Shown: piece by piece, positions 40,167-49,202 of the stretch
Layout of the letters: every line of letters starts with the position of its first letter
How positions within the stretch are numbered: the first letter of the stretch is position 1
DNA from: an uncultured Planctomycetales bacterium
Lineage (GTDB): Bacteria > Omnitrophota > Gorgyraeia > Zapsychrales > JANLHA01
Length of the DNA: 64,000 bases
Assembly (NCBI GenBank): GCA_964489065.1
Contig: CAZAXH010000003.1
Span: 63,104 to 127,103 of the forward strand
Direction: 5' to 3'
Notes under the pieces: generated by a model
The model's database searches: none
Told to the model about the DNA's origin: nothing
The model's input: the letters and a program-made list of their open reading frames with translations, nothing else
Made by a program: the position numbers and the translations under genes

Positions 40167-40745
40167 ATGAAACCAGGAACACTTTTTATCCTCTCTGGCC
40201 CTTCGGGGTCTGGCAAAACCACCCTTTCGAAAAAATTATTGGAGAACCCGGAACTAAAAGGCACGTTGGTAAAATCCGTTTCTGCAACAACCCGGAAACC
40301 TCGTCCCGGAGAACGACATGGGCAGGATTATTTTTTTATCAGCGAAAAAATGTTTCGTTATAAAATACGGGCCGGACATTTTTTAGAATGGGAAAAAGTT
40401 TTTCAGGCATATTACGGTACGCCTAGGAATAACGTCCTTTTAAATCTCCGTCAAGGACGGTCTGTGATTTTATGTATTGATGTCAAGGGGGCCAAAACGG
40501 TTGCTCGCAAGTTTCCTCAGGCGTGTCGGATTTTTATTCAACCGCCATCGATGGTGGTTTTAAAAGAGAGATTAGAATCCAGACAAAGCGAATCGTCCAG
40601 GGAAAGGAATTTGCGATTAAAGGAGGCACGGCGGGAAATGAAAGAAGCCTGTTCGTTTGATCATGTTATTATTAATGATAAGCTCCCCGACGCATACCGG
40701 TTTTTAGCAGAATTTTTTCACTGTAAGATTTATGCTAAACCCTGA
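40167..40745 (+). CDS. gmk: Guanylate kinase
   Basis: LFILSGPSGSGKTTL P-loop, 192 aa. Confidence 0.9.
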   Translation: MKPGTLFILSGPSGSGKTTLSKKLLENPELKGTLVKSVSATTRKPRPGERHGQDYFFISEKMFRYKIRAGHFLEWEKVFQAYYGTPRNNVLLNLRQGRSVILCIDVKGAKTVARKFPQACRIFIQPPSMVVLKERLESRQSESSRERNLRLKEARREMKEACSFDHVIINDKLPDAYRFLAEFFHCKIYAKP

Positions 40746-40944
40746 GCTGGTCTGTTCTGGGGAGCCCTGGGCTGGAAAGGTGGGAGTTAATTCGGGTGAA
40801 TTTGTGAAGATTGTGGAATAAAGATTCATTTTGACAATGGCTCAGGAATGTGATATAAGTATCATTTCGTCTGTTTCTCAATAAGATTATAGAATTGAAT
40901 AACTTAGCAGAATAAAAAGCGAGGACGCAAGGGAGGTTTTAAAG

Positions 40945-41205
40945 ATGGGATATCCGCCGTTGGAAGATTTGTTGCCTAAAACAGACCACAGTATTTATAA
41001 ATTAGTCCGTATGGCATCTACGAGAGCTATCGAACTGGCAGACGGGAAGCCCCGTTTGATTGAAACACCGTCTTTGATGAAAACAACAACGATCGCGTTG
41101 GAAGAAATCCAGAATGCCAAAGTTGTTTTGAAGGATGTTGCTGACCGGTTTTTGCCCGACCAGGCGTCTGAGAAAAAGCCCGGCGAGCTATCGGCAGAGG
41201 CCTGA
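40945..41205 (+). CDS. rpoZ: DNA-directed RNA polymerase subunit omega
   Basis: SIYKLVRMASTRAIELADG, 86 aa. Confidence 0.8.
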   Translation: MGYPPLEDLLPKTDHSIYKLVRMASTRAIELADGKPRLIETPSLMKTTTIALEEIQNAKVVLKDVADRFLPDQASEKKPGELSAEA

Positions 41206-41210
41206 TTTTT

Positions 41211-41762
41211 ATGGCAAAAAAGCGAGCAGGTGGTCATATTGTTTTGGGTGTGACGGGAAGCATTGCGGCTTACAAGGCGGGTGACATTGTCCGTCGATTG
41301 CAGGATGTCGGCCATACAGTTTCTGTTGTTATGACGAAAGAGGCAGAGTCTTTTATTGCTCCTTTAACATTAGAAACGCTTTCGGGGAACAAGGTGGCGA
41401 GGGATATGTTTAAAGGCGTGGCGGATTGGCGGTCGGATCACATTCACCTGGCGGAACAAGCCGATTTGTTGTTGATCGCCCCGGCTACGGCGCATATTTT
41501 GGCTAAATTAGCCAATGGTTTGGCGGATGATTTAATTTGTTCTACAGCCTTGGCTTCTTTGGCCCCCAAGCTGATCGCTCCTGCGATGAATAGTAATATG
41601 TATGTGCATCCGATTACCCAGGCTAATATTAAACGATTGAAAGAGATCGGGTATCGTTTTATAGATTCTATTGAAGGTCGAATGGCCTGCGGAACAACGG
41701 GGCCTGGTCATCTGGCGGATGTTATGACCATTGTGGAAGCCGTTAACGCTATTTTGAAATGA
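41211..41762 (+). CDS. coaC: Phosphopantothenoylcysteine decarboxylase (flavoprotein, CoaC half only)
   Basis: HIVLGVTGSIAAYKAGDIVRRL...LLIAPATAHILAKLANGLADD; 183 aa, no CoaB domain. Confidence 0.8.
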   Translation: MAKKRAGGHIVLGVTGSIAAYKAGDIVRRLQDVGHTVSVVMTKEAESFIAPLTLETLSGNKVARDMFKGVADWRSDHIHLAEQADLLLIAPATAHILAKLANGLADDLICSTALASLAPKLIAPAMNSNMYVHPITQANIKRLKEIGYRFIDSIEGRMACGTTGPGHLADVMTIVEAVNAILK

Positions 41763-41768
41763 TTTGTG

Positions 41769-41842
41769 GCGTGGTAGCCAAGTGGTAAGGCAGTGGTCTG
41801 CAAAACCATTATTCACCGGTTCGAGTCCGGTCCACGCCTCCA
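41769..41842 (+). tRNA. tRNA-Cys (anticodon GCA)
   Basis: GGCGTGGTAGCCAAGTGGTAAGGCAGTGGTCTGCAAAACCATTATTCACCGGTTCGAGTCCGGTCCACGCCTCCA; anticodon loop CTGCAAA; CCA encoded. Confidence 0.85.
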
Positions 41843-41912
41843 ATTCGTTGGAAGCCGGATTTCGAAGCTGTTTTGCCAACGGATGTCAAGAGTGGCGTCC
41901 TTTCGATATCTT

Positions 41913-41995
41913 GGGCAAGTGGTGGAATGGCATACACGCAGGACTTAAAATCCTGTGACCGCAAGGTCGTGTGGGTTCGACTCCCACCTTGCCCA
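41913..41995 (+). tRNA. tRNA-Leu (anticodon UAA), type II with long variable arm
   Basis: GGGCAAGTGGTGGAATGGCATACACGCAGGACTTAAAATCCTGTGACCGCAAGGTCGTGTGGGTTCGACTCCCACCTTGCCCA; anticodon loop CTTAAAA. Confidence 0.85.
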
Positions 41996-42052
41996 TGTAT
42001 AGGAAGAACATCTGGAAGGCATAAAGATAAACAAGCGGGATGAAAGTTTTTT

Positions 42053-42129
42053 GGGCGGTTAGCTCAGTTGGTTAGAGTGTCACGTTGACATCGTGAAGGT
42101 CACAAGTTCGAGTCTTGTACCGCCCACCA
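42053..42129 (+). tRNA. tRNA-Val (anticodon GAC)
   Basis: GGGCGGTTAGCTCAGTTGGTTAGAGTGTCACGTTGACATCGTGAAGGTCACAAGTTCGAGTCTTGTACCGCCCACCA; anticodon loop TTGACAT; CCA encoded. Confidence 0.85.
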
Positions 42130-42143
42130 ATATTTTTAATTAT

Positions 42144-43874
42144 ATGAACAGAAAATTAATCATAGAAGAATTACGGCATACGTGTTCGCATGTCTTAGCC
42201 CAAGCGGTTAAGGAGCTTTGGCCGGATGTTAAGCTCGCTATTGGGCCGGCGATTGAAAACGGATTTTATTACGATTTTGATAAAAAAGAACCGTTCTTAA
42301 ATGAAGACTTGGAAAAAATTGAACAACGCATGCAATCTATTATTGATGAAAATGTGCCGTTGCGGCAAATTTTTTTGCCACGAAACGAGGCCATAGCGCT
42401 GTTTAAAGAGAAGAAGGAAGATTATAAATTGGAGTTGATCGAGAACCTGCCCGACGACAATATTTCTATTTATAAAACCGGAGAAAAATTTTTAGACCTT
42501 TGCAAGGGGCCGCATGCGGACAGCACCGGGCAAATTAAAGCGTTTAAATTGTTGTCTTTGGCCGGGGCTTACTGGCACGGCGATGAAAATAACGCGATGT
42601 TGCAGAGAATTTACGGGACATGTTTTGAAAGCCGGGAAGAATTGACACAGTATCTGCAGAATCTGGAAGAAACCCAAAAGAGGGATCATCGCAAATTAGG
42701 CACCCAACTGGATTTGTTTAACATTTATCATGAATCTGCCGGGGCGGGTTTGGTTTTTTATCATCCGATGGGAGCCATGTTGCGCAAGAACATTGAGGAT
42801 TATGTTCGCGCGCAACATATGAAGAGGGGGTATGACTTTGTCATGACCCCGAATATTTTAAAGGGCAAGCTTTGGGAAATGAGCGGCCATGCGGGCTATT
42901 ATCGGGAAAACATGTATTATTTTTCGGTGGATCAGGAAGAATACGCAGTTAAACCGATGAATTGTCCGGGGCACATGTTGATTTATAAATCCAAGACGCG
43001 TTCGTACCGGGATTTGCCGATTCGATTTTTTGAGCTGGGAACTGTTTATCGTCAGGAAAAAGCCGGGGTTCTTCACGGGCTTTTGCGGGTCAGAGGTTTT
43101 ACCCAGGATGACGCGCACATTTTTTGCCGTCAGGATCAATTGCAGACCGAGGTCATGGGCGTGATTGATTTTGTTTTTTCAACGATGAAAGATTTTGGTT
43201 TTACGGAATACGAAGTGGGCCTGAGCACCAGGCCGGAGAAATTTATCGGAACGGTAGAAAATTGGGATTGCGCCACGGAGGCCCTGCGGAAATCTTTGGA
43301 AGACAAAAATGTACCGTTTCATATTAATGAAGGGGATGGGGCGTTTTACGGTCCGAAAATTGATATTGAATTAAAAGATGCCTTGGGCCGGTCTTGGCAA
43401 TGCGCAACCATTCAGTGTGATTTCGCTCTTCCAGAGCGGTTTGATTTGTCCTATGTGAACGAACAAGGGGAAAACCAACGCCCGATCATGATTCATCGGG
43501 CCATTTTGGGGAGCGTGGAACGTTTTATAGGAACCCTGATAGAGCATTATGGAGGAGCCTTTCCTCTTTGGCTGGCCCCTGTTCAGGCGATGGTTATTCC
43601 GATAAAAGACAGCCATCAACCCCGTGCCGAGAAGGTAAAAGAGAATTTGCAAGGGAAAGGGCTACGCGTTATAATTGACGCAAGAAACGAGAGCTTGAAT
43701 AAGCGGATCCGGGAGGGAACCATGCAGAAAATTCCGTATCTTCTTATTGTGGGAGACCGGGAAGCATCTTCGGATCAGGTGTCTGTCCGTAAACGCTCCG
43801 CAGGAGACTTGGGCAGCAAAAGTTTAGATGATCTTTATTCCCAGATGCAGAGGGAGATTGATTTAAAAGAATAA
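42144..43874 (+). CDS. thrS: Threonyl-tRNA synthetase lacking the N-terminal TGS domain
   Basis: Starts MNRKLIIEELRHTCSHVLAQAVKELWP (the N2/editing-domain His-Cys motif appears right at the N-terminus); class II core and anticodon-binding domain present; the ORF-track start 42093 lies inside tRNA-Val, so the internal Met is preferred. Confidence 0.9.
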   Translation: MNRKLIIEELRHTCSHVLAQAVKELWPDVKLAIGPAIENGFYYDFDKKEPFLNEDLEKIEQRMQSIIDENVPLRQIFLPRNEAIALFKEKKEDYKLELIENLPDDNISIYKTGEKFLDLCKGPHADSTGQIKAFKLLSLAGAYWHGDENNAMLQRIYGTCFESREELTQYLQNLEETQKRDHRKLGTQLDLFNIYHESAGAGLVFYHPMGAMLRKNIEDYVRAQHMKRGYDFVMTPNILKGKLWEMSGHAGYYRENMYYFSVDQEEYAVKPMNCPGHMLIYKSKTRSYRDLPIRFFELGTVYRQEKAGVLHGLLRVRGFTQDDAHIFCRQDQLQTEVMGVIDFVFSTMKDFGFTEYEVGLSTRPEKFIGTVENWDCATEALRKSLEDKNVPFHINEGDGAFYGPKIDIELKDALGRSWQCATIQCDFALPERFDLSYVNEQGENQRPIMIHRAILGSVERFIGTLIEHYGGAFPLWLAPVQAMVIPIKDSHQPRAEKVKENLQGKGLRVIIDARNESLNKRIREGTMQKIPYLLIVGDREASSDQVSVRKRSAGDLGSKSLDDLYSQMQREIDLKE

Positions 43875-43901
43875 AAATTATTGATAAAAAGAAGTTAGGA
43901 G

Positions 43902-44429
43902 GTGATCTTTATTCAAAAAAATATCCGTATTAATGAGCGTATTAGGGCCCCGGAAGTCAGAGTGATCGGCCCGAATTCAGAGCAACTAGGGGTTGTTGTT
44001 ATTAAACGTGCCCTTGAGTTGGCGGAAGCTAATGAGCTAGATCTTGTTGAAGTGGCTCCAACGGCGAAGCCGCCGGTCTGCCGGATCATGGATTTTAGCA
44101 AGTATAAATATGATCAGGAAAAGAAAGAGCGGCGTGTTAAAAAGAATCAAAAAATCACGCATCTTAAACAGATTCGGGTTAAACCTCATATCGATGAAGG
44201 GGATTATCAGATAAAGCTGAAGCAGGTAAAGAGTTTTTTAGAAAAAAAAGACAAAGTAAAGGTGAATCTTATGTTCCGGGGTCGGGAGCTTGCTTTTAAA
44301 GACCAGGCCCGGCAAATTCTGGAACGGTTTATCGCAGATACCGCTGAGCATGGTCTGCCCGAGAAGTCTCCTATTATGGAAGGTCGGATTATGTCGGTTG
44401 TTTTTTCTCCAAAGTCAGACAAGAAATAA
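43902..44429 (+). CDS. infC: Translation initiation factor IF-3
   Basis: INERIRAPEVRVIGPNSEQLGVV...; 175 aa; thrS-infC-rpmI-rplT order. Confidence 0.85.
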   Translation: MIFIQKNIRINERIRAPEVRVIGPNSEQLGVVVIKRALELAEANELDLVEVAPTAKPPVCRIMDFSKYKYDQEKKERRVKKNQKITHLKQIRVKPHIDEGDYQIKLKQVKSFLEKKDKVKVNLMFRGRELAFKDQARQILERFIADTAEHGLPEKSPIMEGRIMSVVFSPKSDKK

Positions 44430-44555
44430 GCCTTTATCCGGAAATAAGGCGTCTTGTATGGCGGAGAGGATGTTTGACATTTGCGAAAGAAGAAAGTTAA
44501 GCAAGAGGCGGGGACGACCCGGCTCTTAGAGGTGAGGGTGAGGAGGAATAAAAGA

Positions 44556-44753
44556 ATGCCAAAACTGAAGACAAACAGATCGGCCGCCAAAAGGTTTAAA
44601 ATAACTAAAAGCGGAAAGGTTAAGAAAGTGGCTGCCGGAAGAAAGCATATTCTTGGCAAAAAGACGCGGAAGAGAAAGAGAGCGTTGAGGAAAAGCGGGT
44701 ATCTATCTGCTGCGAACGAGAAGAAGATAAGGAGGTTGTTGCCTTATGGTTAG
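44556..44753 (+). CDS. rpmI: 50S ribosomal protein L35
   Basis: MPKLKTNRSAAKRFKITKSGKVKKVAAGRKHILGKK; start taken at the internal Met of ORF 44481..44753. Confidence 0.85.
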   Translation: MPKLKTNRSAAKRFKITKSGKVKKVAAGRKHILGKKTRKRKRALRKSGYLSAANEKKIRRLLPYG

Positions 44754-45114
44754 AGTGCGAACGGCTGTTCCGTCGAGAAAAAGAAAGAAAAGAGTCCTCA
44801 AGGCGGCGAAGGGGCAATTTGGCCATCGGAGTAAACATTTTTCACAGGCGAAAAGGTCTATTATCAAAGGTATGGCGTATTCATACCGCGACCATAAAGT
44901 GAAAAAACGGGAATTTAGAGGATTGTGGATCGTCCGTATTAATGCGGCCTGTCAGGAAAATGGCATAACGTATAGCCGTTTTATAAACGGGTTGAGCGTT
45001 GCCCACGTGGATATTAACCGGAAAATCCTGGCGGATTTAGCGGTTACTTCTCCGGAGGCTTTTAAGGAACTGGTGTCTGTCGCCCAGAAGGCGGTGGAGA
45101 ATAAAGCCGGATAA
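44746..45114 (+). CDS. rplT: 50S ribosomal protein L20
   Basis: MVRVRTAVPSRKRKKRVLKAAKGQFGHRSKHF... Confidence 0.9.
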   Translation: MVRVRTAVPSRKRKKRVLKAAKGQFGHRSKHFSQAKRSIIKGMAYSYRDHKVKKREFRGLWIVRINAACQENGITYSRFINGLSVAHVDINRKILADLAVTSPEAFKELVSVAQKAVENKAG

Positions 45115-45192
45115 CAACAAAATGGTTGTCTTGTGGGGGATGGACGTAACACGATTTTTTGGTTATGTTGGACCGACAGACATGATTTTGAT

Positions 45193-45226
45193 CAGGGCCC
45201 TAAAATATAGGGCCCTGTCTTTTTTG
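45193..45226 (+). terminator. Rho-independent terminator after rplT
   Basis: Perfect 10-bp stem CAGGGCCCTA / TAGGGCCCTG, loop AAATA, followed by TCTTTTTT. Confidence 0.65.
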
Positions 45227-45891
45227 GGGCAGGTGAGCGTTCTCGTTACGCGTTAGCCGTCATAACGCAGGAAGCTCGAAGAATTAAAATTGTTATCGTT
45301 GGGGCAGGCGAAAATGGCTCCTGCTAGACCAGGTTCCCTGATCGAGCAGAATGAAGTCACGGTTAGGAAGGTTCAGAAAAAATGGATATTAAAATCGCGA
45401 CCGGAAGCGAATCTGACTCAGATATCCTTAAACAGGTGTGGATGGAGGGCGCAGGTTGAGTTGTGGCGGTTACAACGTCTGACGAGATTAATTTTAGATG
45501 TGTTTCCGGGGGAAGGACTCGTCTTCGTGGCCCTAATGATTCGAAAATCTAAAAAAGCGATGATTTACGGCGCGTCTGATATCGGACTGCGTATCGCCCG
45601 ATGGATCGTAAACCTGTTTTGCCATCGGTAACCACAGGGGTTTTGGTTTATCCTTTTCTTTATATTTTTTGTTTGTTCCTGGGGGCTGATTTTGACAAGA
45701 GTAAATCCTTGTGTTTTTGTCACGGCGCTTTCCGCTTGTGTGGCGAGCTTTATTCCATTTTGATTTTTTGTTTCTTGCGGCGCGGAGAACATAAGGGGTT
45801 GTCTATCGCAACATTGTCCCAGGAAAGAGCTTTTCGGGGGGAAGAAAAGGTGGTATAATGGGCCGATATTTTTTGTTAAGGAATTAAAAAG

Positions 45892-46923
45892 ATGTGGAAT
45901 TTTGACGACATTCAACTTAAGGCCCTACAAGAGATCGACGCTTGTAAGGATCTGGATTCCGTGGAAGCCTTGAGGGTCCGGTATTTGGGCCGTAAAGGTT
46001 TGTTGCAAGAAATTTTTGCCAGTCTTGCACAGGCGACTGCGGAAGAAAAACCGTTGATCGGCAAAGGCGCCAATCAACTCCGCGCCAGATTGACGGAAGC
46101 GCTTGAGGCTACCAAAAAGCGCCTTGTGGCCAAGGTCCGTTACGCTACGCAAAGCATAGATGTTTCCCTCCCGGGAGTAGCGTCGGCGTTGGGGCACAAA
46201 CATGTCTTGACGCAGATCATCGACGAGATTTGTCAAATTTTTGTCGGATTGGGCTTTGTTGTTCAGGAGGGGCCGGAAACGGAAACGGAATTTCATAATT
46301 TTTCCGCCCTGAATATCCCGGTTGACCATCCCTCGCGAGACGCCTTTGACACTTTTTATCTGGAATCGAAAGACCCTCAGAATCCGGAGCGCCATTTGCT
46401 GTTGCGCTCTCATACGTCTCCCGGACAGATTTGTATTATGGAGAAATACGCGCCTCCTTTGGCGGTTGTGATCCCGGGGAAAGTGTACCGGCCGGACGCG
46501 GTTGATGCCAGCCACTCTTTCATGTTTCATCAGATAGAAGGTCTTTTGGTAGACGAGCACGTGAGGTTTTCCGACCTGAAAGGGCTTTTAACGGTTTTTT
46601 GCAAGCGGTTTTTCGGCGAAGAAATCATCATGCGTTTTCGTCCGCATTTTTTTCCTTTTACAGAACCGTCCGCCGAAGTGGACATCTCCTGTTATATCTG
46701 TAAAGGAAAAGGTTGTTCGGTTTGTGGGCGTAAAGGCTGGCTGGAAATTTTAGGTTGCGGGATGGTGAATCCCAAGGTGTTCTCGGCTGTCAATTATCCC
46801 AAAGGAAAATATACCGGGTTGGCTTTTGGTCTTGGGGTCGAACGGATGGCGATGTTGAAGTATGGGATTCATGACATCCGCATCTTTTTTGAGAACGACA
46901 AGCGTTTTTTAAATCAGTTTTAA
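45892..46923 (+). CDS. pheS: Phenylalanyl-tRNA synthetase alpha subunit
   Basis: Class II motifs (FHQIEGL, GLAFGLGVERMAML); 343 aa; extended -10 TGGTATAAT at about 45851. Confidence 0.9.
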   Translation: MWNFDDIQLKALQEIDACKDLDSVEALRVRYLGRKGLLQEIFASLAQATAEEKPLIGKGANQLRARLTEALEATKKRLVAKVRYATQSIDVSLPGVASALGHKHVLTQIIDEICQIFVGLGFVVQEGPETETEFHNFSALNIPVDHPSRDAFDTFYLESKDPQNPERHLLLRSHTSPGQICIMEKYAPPLAVVIPGKVYRPDAVDASHSFMFHQIEGLLVDEHVRFSDLKGLLTVFCKRFFGEEIIMRFRPHFFPFTEPSAEVDISCYICKGKGCSVCGRKGWLEILGCGMVNPKVFSAVNYPKGKYTGLAFGLGVERMAMLKYGIHDIRIFFENDKRFLNQF

Positions 46924-46938
46924 AGAGAAATTATTGCT

Positions 46939-48969
46939 ATGAAGATCAGCATGAAATGGCTTAAAGATTATGTCTCGTTTCAGCTTCCGCCTGAAAAGCT
47001 GGCGCACAAATTGACGATGGCCGGCTTGGAGGTAGAAAAAATTGAGAACGCCGGAGAAGATGTTGTTTTAGAGATGGAGATCACTCCCAACCGCCCGGAC
47101 TGTCTGAATTTCCAGGGGATTGCCCGGGAGCTGTCGGCGGTTTTAGATAAACCCTTAAAGCTCCCGAAAACGAAAAAAATAATTTATCCCAACACAAAAT
47201 GTGACATTGAAATCGTTGACCCCAAAGACTGCTGTCGTTATGTCGGAACGGTCATTGAGCCTGTTGAGGTAAAAGCCTCTTCGACCTGGATAGGGAGCCG
47301 CTTGTCGGCTTTGGGCGGACGACTTATTAATAATGTTGTGGATATTACTAATTTTTGCCTGTTGGAAACCGGGCAGCCGTTGCATGCGTTTGATTATGAT
47401 AAACTGATCGGGGGAAAGATTGTTGTCCGCAGGGCGAACCCGGGAGAAACTATCGTAACCCTGGATGGCGTGGAGCGCACCCTGGATCCGTCCGTTTTGG
47501 TGATCGCGGATGCTCAGCGGCCGGTCGCGATCGCCGGGATTATGGGGGGGCAGGCTACGGAGGTGACCGCCCAGACCCGGAGGATTTTTTTGGAGAGCGC
47601 CTGTTTTGATCCCGTTTTAATCCGGAAGGCGTCGCGGCTGTTGGGACTCAAGAGCGATTCATCGTATCGTTTTGAACGGGGGGTGGATTTTTCTGCCGTT
47701 GAAGCCGGGGCAGCCAGGGCCGTTTCTCTGATTTTGACAGAGGCCGGAGGGCAGATTGTGGCCCGCAGGGATGTTAATCTGGCGCGAGGGCGGGGGCAGA
47801 GGAAAAGCGTTATTGTTAAATTGGCGGACATCTATGCGCTATTAGGAGCAGAATTATCTGTGGCGAAATGCCGCACGATTTTAAAAAAGTTGGGCTTCCA
47901 GGTTTCTGCCGATAGCCCAGGGAACCTTAAGGTCGTTGCCCCCAGTTCGCGGTCGGATATTAAAGACCAGGTAGACGTGATTGAAGAGATCGCACGGATT
48001 GTGGGATATGATAATTTGCCGTTGACCCTTCCCTTGGTTCGGGCCCAAAACGTGCCGCCCCAGCCGGAATATTCTTTTGCGAACAAGCTGAGGGATATTT
48101 TTGTCGGTCAGGGATACAGCGAAACGATTTCCTATTCTTTGCTCAATCAGTCCTCTTTGGAAAAAAGCCGGCTTTCCCACTTTTCGGTTGTCCGGGTGAA
48201 AAATCCTTTGTCGCTGGATCAGGAGATGATGCGGCCCTCGATGTTTCCGAGTTTATTAGGGATTATCAGGAGCAATATTCACCGCGGGCAGAAGGACAAT
48301 AAAATTTTTGAGATCGGAAAAGTTTATTTAGGACAGACCGAACGTAAGATTTTAGCCGTTATGGCCAGCGGAGACGTGGACAGGGACTGGCGGAACGCGA
48401 AACCTCGAGCCGGGGATTTTTATGATCTTAAAGGGGCGATAGATCAAATGATCGCGCGCTTGGGCCTGCCGGAGGCTGTTTATGAAGCCTGCGAAGATAC
48501 TCTTTTTAAACAAGGAACGGGCGCTGGTATTCGGGCCGGACAGACCGCGCTGGGTTGTATTGGAGAAGTGGACGGTTCTTTGTTGCAGGAATGGGATATA
48601 AAATACCGGACGGTTTTTTATGCGCAATGTGATTTTGAGGCCTTGTATAACTTGGCGGATAGGAAAGTAGCTTTTAAAAAGTTTTCTGACTTCCCGCCCG
48701 TGACGCGGGACATTAGCCTGGCCGTGAAAGAGTCGGTTTCTTTTCAGGAAGTAAAAGACGTGATTTTAAAACAGGGCGGCGATCTTTTGGAAGATGTTTC
48801 TTTTTTGGAAGAATACCGGGGAGAAAAAATTCCGCTAGGGCATAAAGGCTTTATTTTTTCGCTTGTCTACAGGTCTTTTTTAAAAACCCTAACCGAAGAC
48901 GATATTTCCCGCGTTCACGGGGATATTGCGCAGGCGTTAAGTGACCAATTAGGTGTTGTCTTGCGTTAA
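46939..48969 (+). CDS. pheT: Phenylalanyl-tRNA synthetase beta subunit (short form, about 676 aa, no EMAP/tRNA-binding insert)
   Basis: B1/B5/B3-4 and class II-like domains by motif; directly follows pheS. Confidence 0.9.
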   Translation: MKISMKWLKDYVSFQLPPEKLAHKLTMAGLEVEKIENAGEDVVLEMEITPNRPDCLNFQGIARELSAVLDKPLKLPKTKKIIYPNTKCDIEIVDPKDCCRYVGTVIEPVEVKASSTWIGSRLSALGGRLINNVVDITNFCLLETGQPLHAFDYDKLIGGKIVVRRANPGETIVTLDGVERTLDPSVLVIADAQRPVAIAGIMGGQATEVTAQTRRIFLESACFDPVLIRKASRLLGLKSDSSYRFERGVDFSAVEAGAARAVSLILTEAGGQIVARRDVNLARGRGQRKSVIVKLADIYALLGAELSVAKCRTILKKLGFQVSADSPGNLKVVAPSSRSDIKDQVDVIEEIARIVGYDNLPLTLPLVRAQNVPPQPEYSFANKLRDIFVGQGYSETISYSLLNQSSLEKSRLSHFSVVRVKNPLSLDQEMMRPSMFPSLLGIIRSNIHRGQKDNKIFEIGKVYLGQTERKILAVMASGDVDRDWRNAKPRAGDFYDLKGAIDQMIARLGLPEAVYEACEDTLFKQGTGAGIRAGQTALGCIGEVDGSLLQEWDIKYRTVFYAQCDFEALYNLADRKVAFKKFSDFPPVTRDISLAVKESVSFQEVKDVILKQGGDLLEDVSFLEEYRGEKIPLGHKGFIFSLVYRSFLKTLTEDDISRVHGDIAQALSDQLGVVLR

Positions 48970-48991
48970 TAGCCCTCTTTTTAGCTTTTGT

Positions 48992-49019
48992 TTTACAAGC
49001 ATTTGAATGATGGTATAAT
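48992..49019 (+). promoter_or_regulatory. Sigma-70-like promoter (TTTACA, 16-nt spacer, extended -10 TGGTATAAT)
   Basis: Direct reading: tttaca agcatttgaatgatgg tataat, with TG at -15/-14. Confidence 0.4.
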
Positions 49020-49025
49020 AAACCT

Positions 49026-49180
49026 TGCCCTGCTGTGTACGTTAGCGGCTCTATAAATTGAACCAACACATTTAGGACGGGACGCTAATCTTCCGAGGAA
49101 CCTTTGGGTTTCTTGGAGAGGTTCCCACTTAGGGAATGGGTTCACCGTTTCTAAAGCCCGACGGCATGGTGGGGTTTTTT
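49026..49180 (+). ncRNA. Candidate small RNA or structured 5' leader of rarA (promoter to T-run)
   Basis: About 150-nt transcript predicted from the promoter above; internal hairpin GGAACCTTTGGGTTTCTTGGAGAGGTTCC; ends GGTGGGGTTTTTT just before the rarA start; no match to SRP, tmRNA or RNase P signatures I could see. Confidence 0.25.
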
Positions 49181-49202
49181 ATTGAAGCGAACATGTTTTG
49201 TT

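Noticed and set aside
42093-42143. Upstream extension of the thrS ORF (MKVTSSSLVPPTNIFNY)
   Set aside because: Overlaps tRNA-Val; the internal Met at 42144 gives the conserved ThrRS N-terminus
45181-45900. Possible tmRNA or RNase P RNA in the rplT-pheS gap
   Set aside because: No tRNA-like T-arm/CCA end, no GGGGCUGAUUCUGGAUUCGACGGG-like 5' end, and no P4 GGAAAGUCCGG motif found on either strand
49026-49180. SRP (4.5S) RNA identity for the pheT-rarA small-RNA candidate
   Set aside because: Lacks the conserved helix-8 GGAAGCAGC motif
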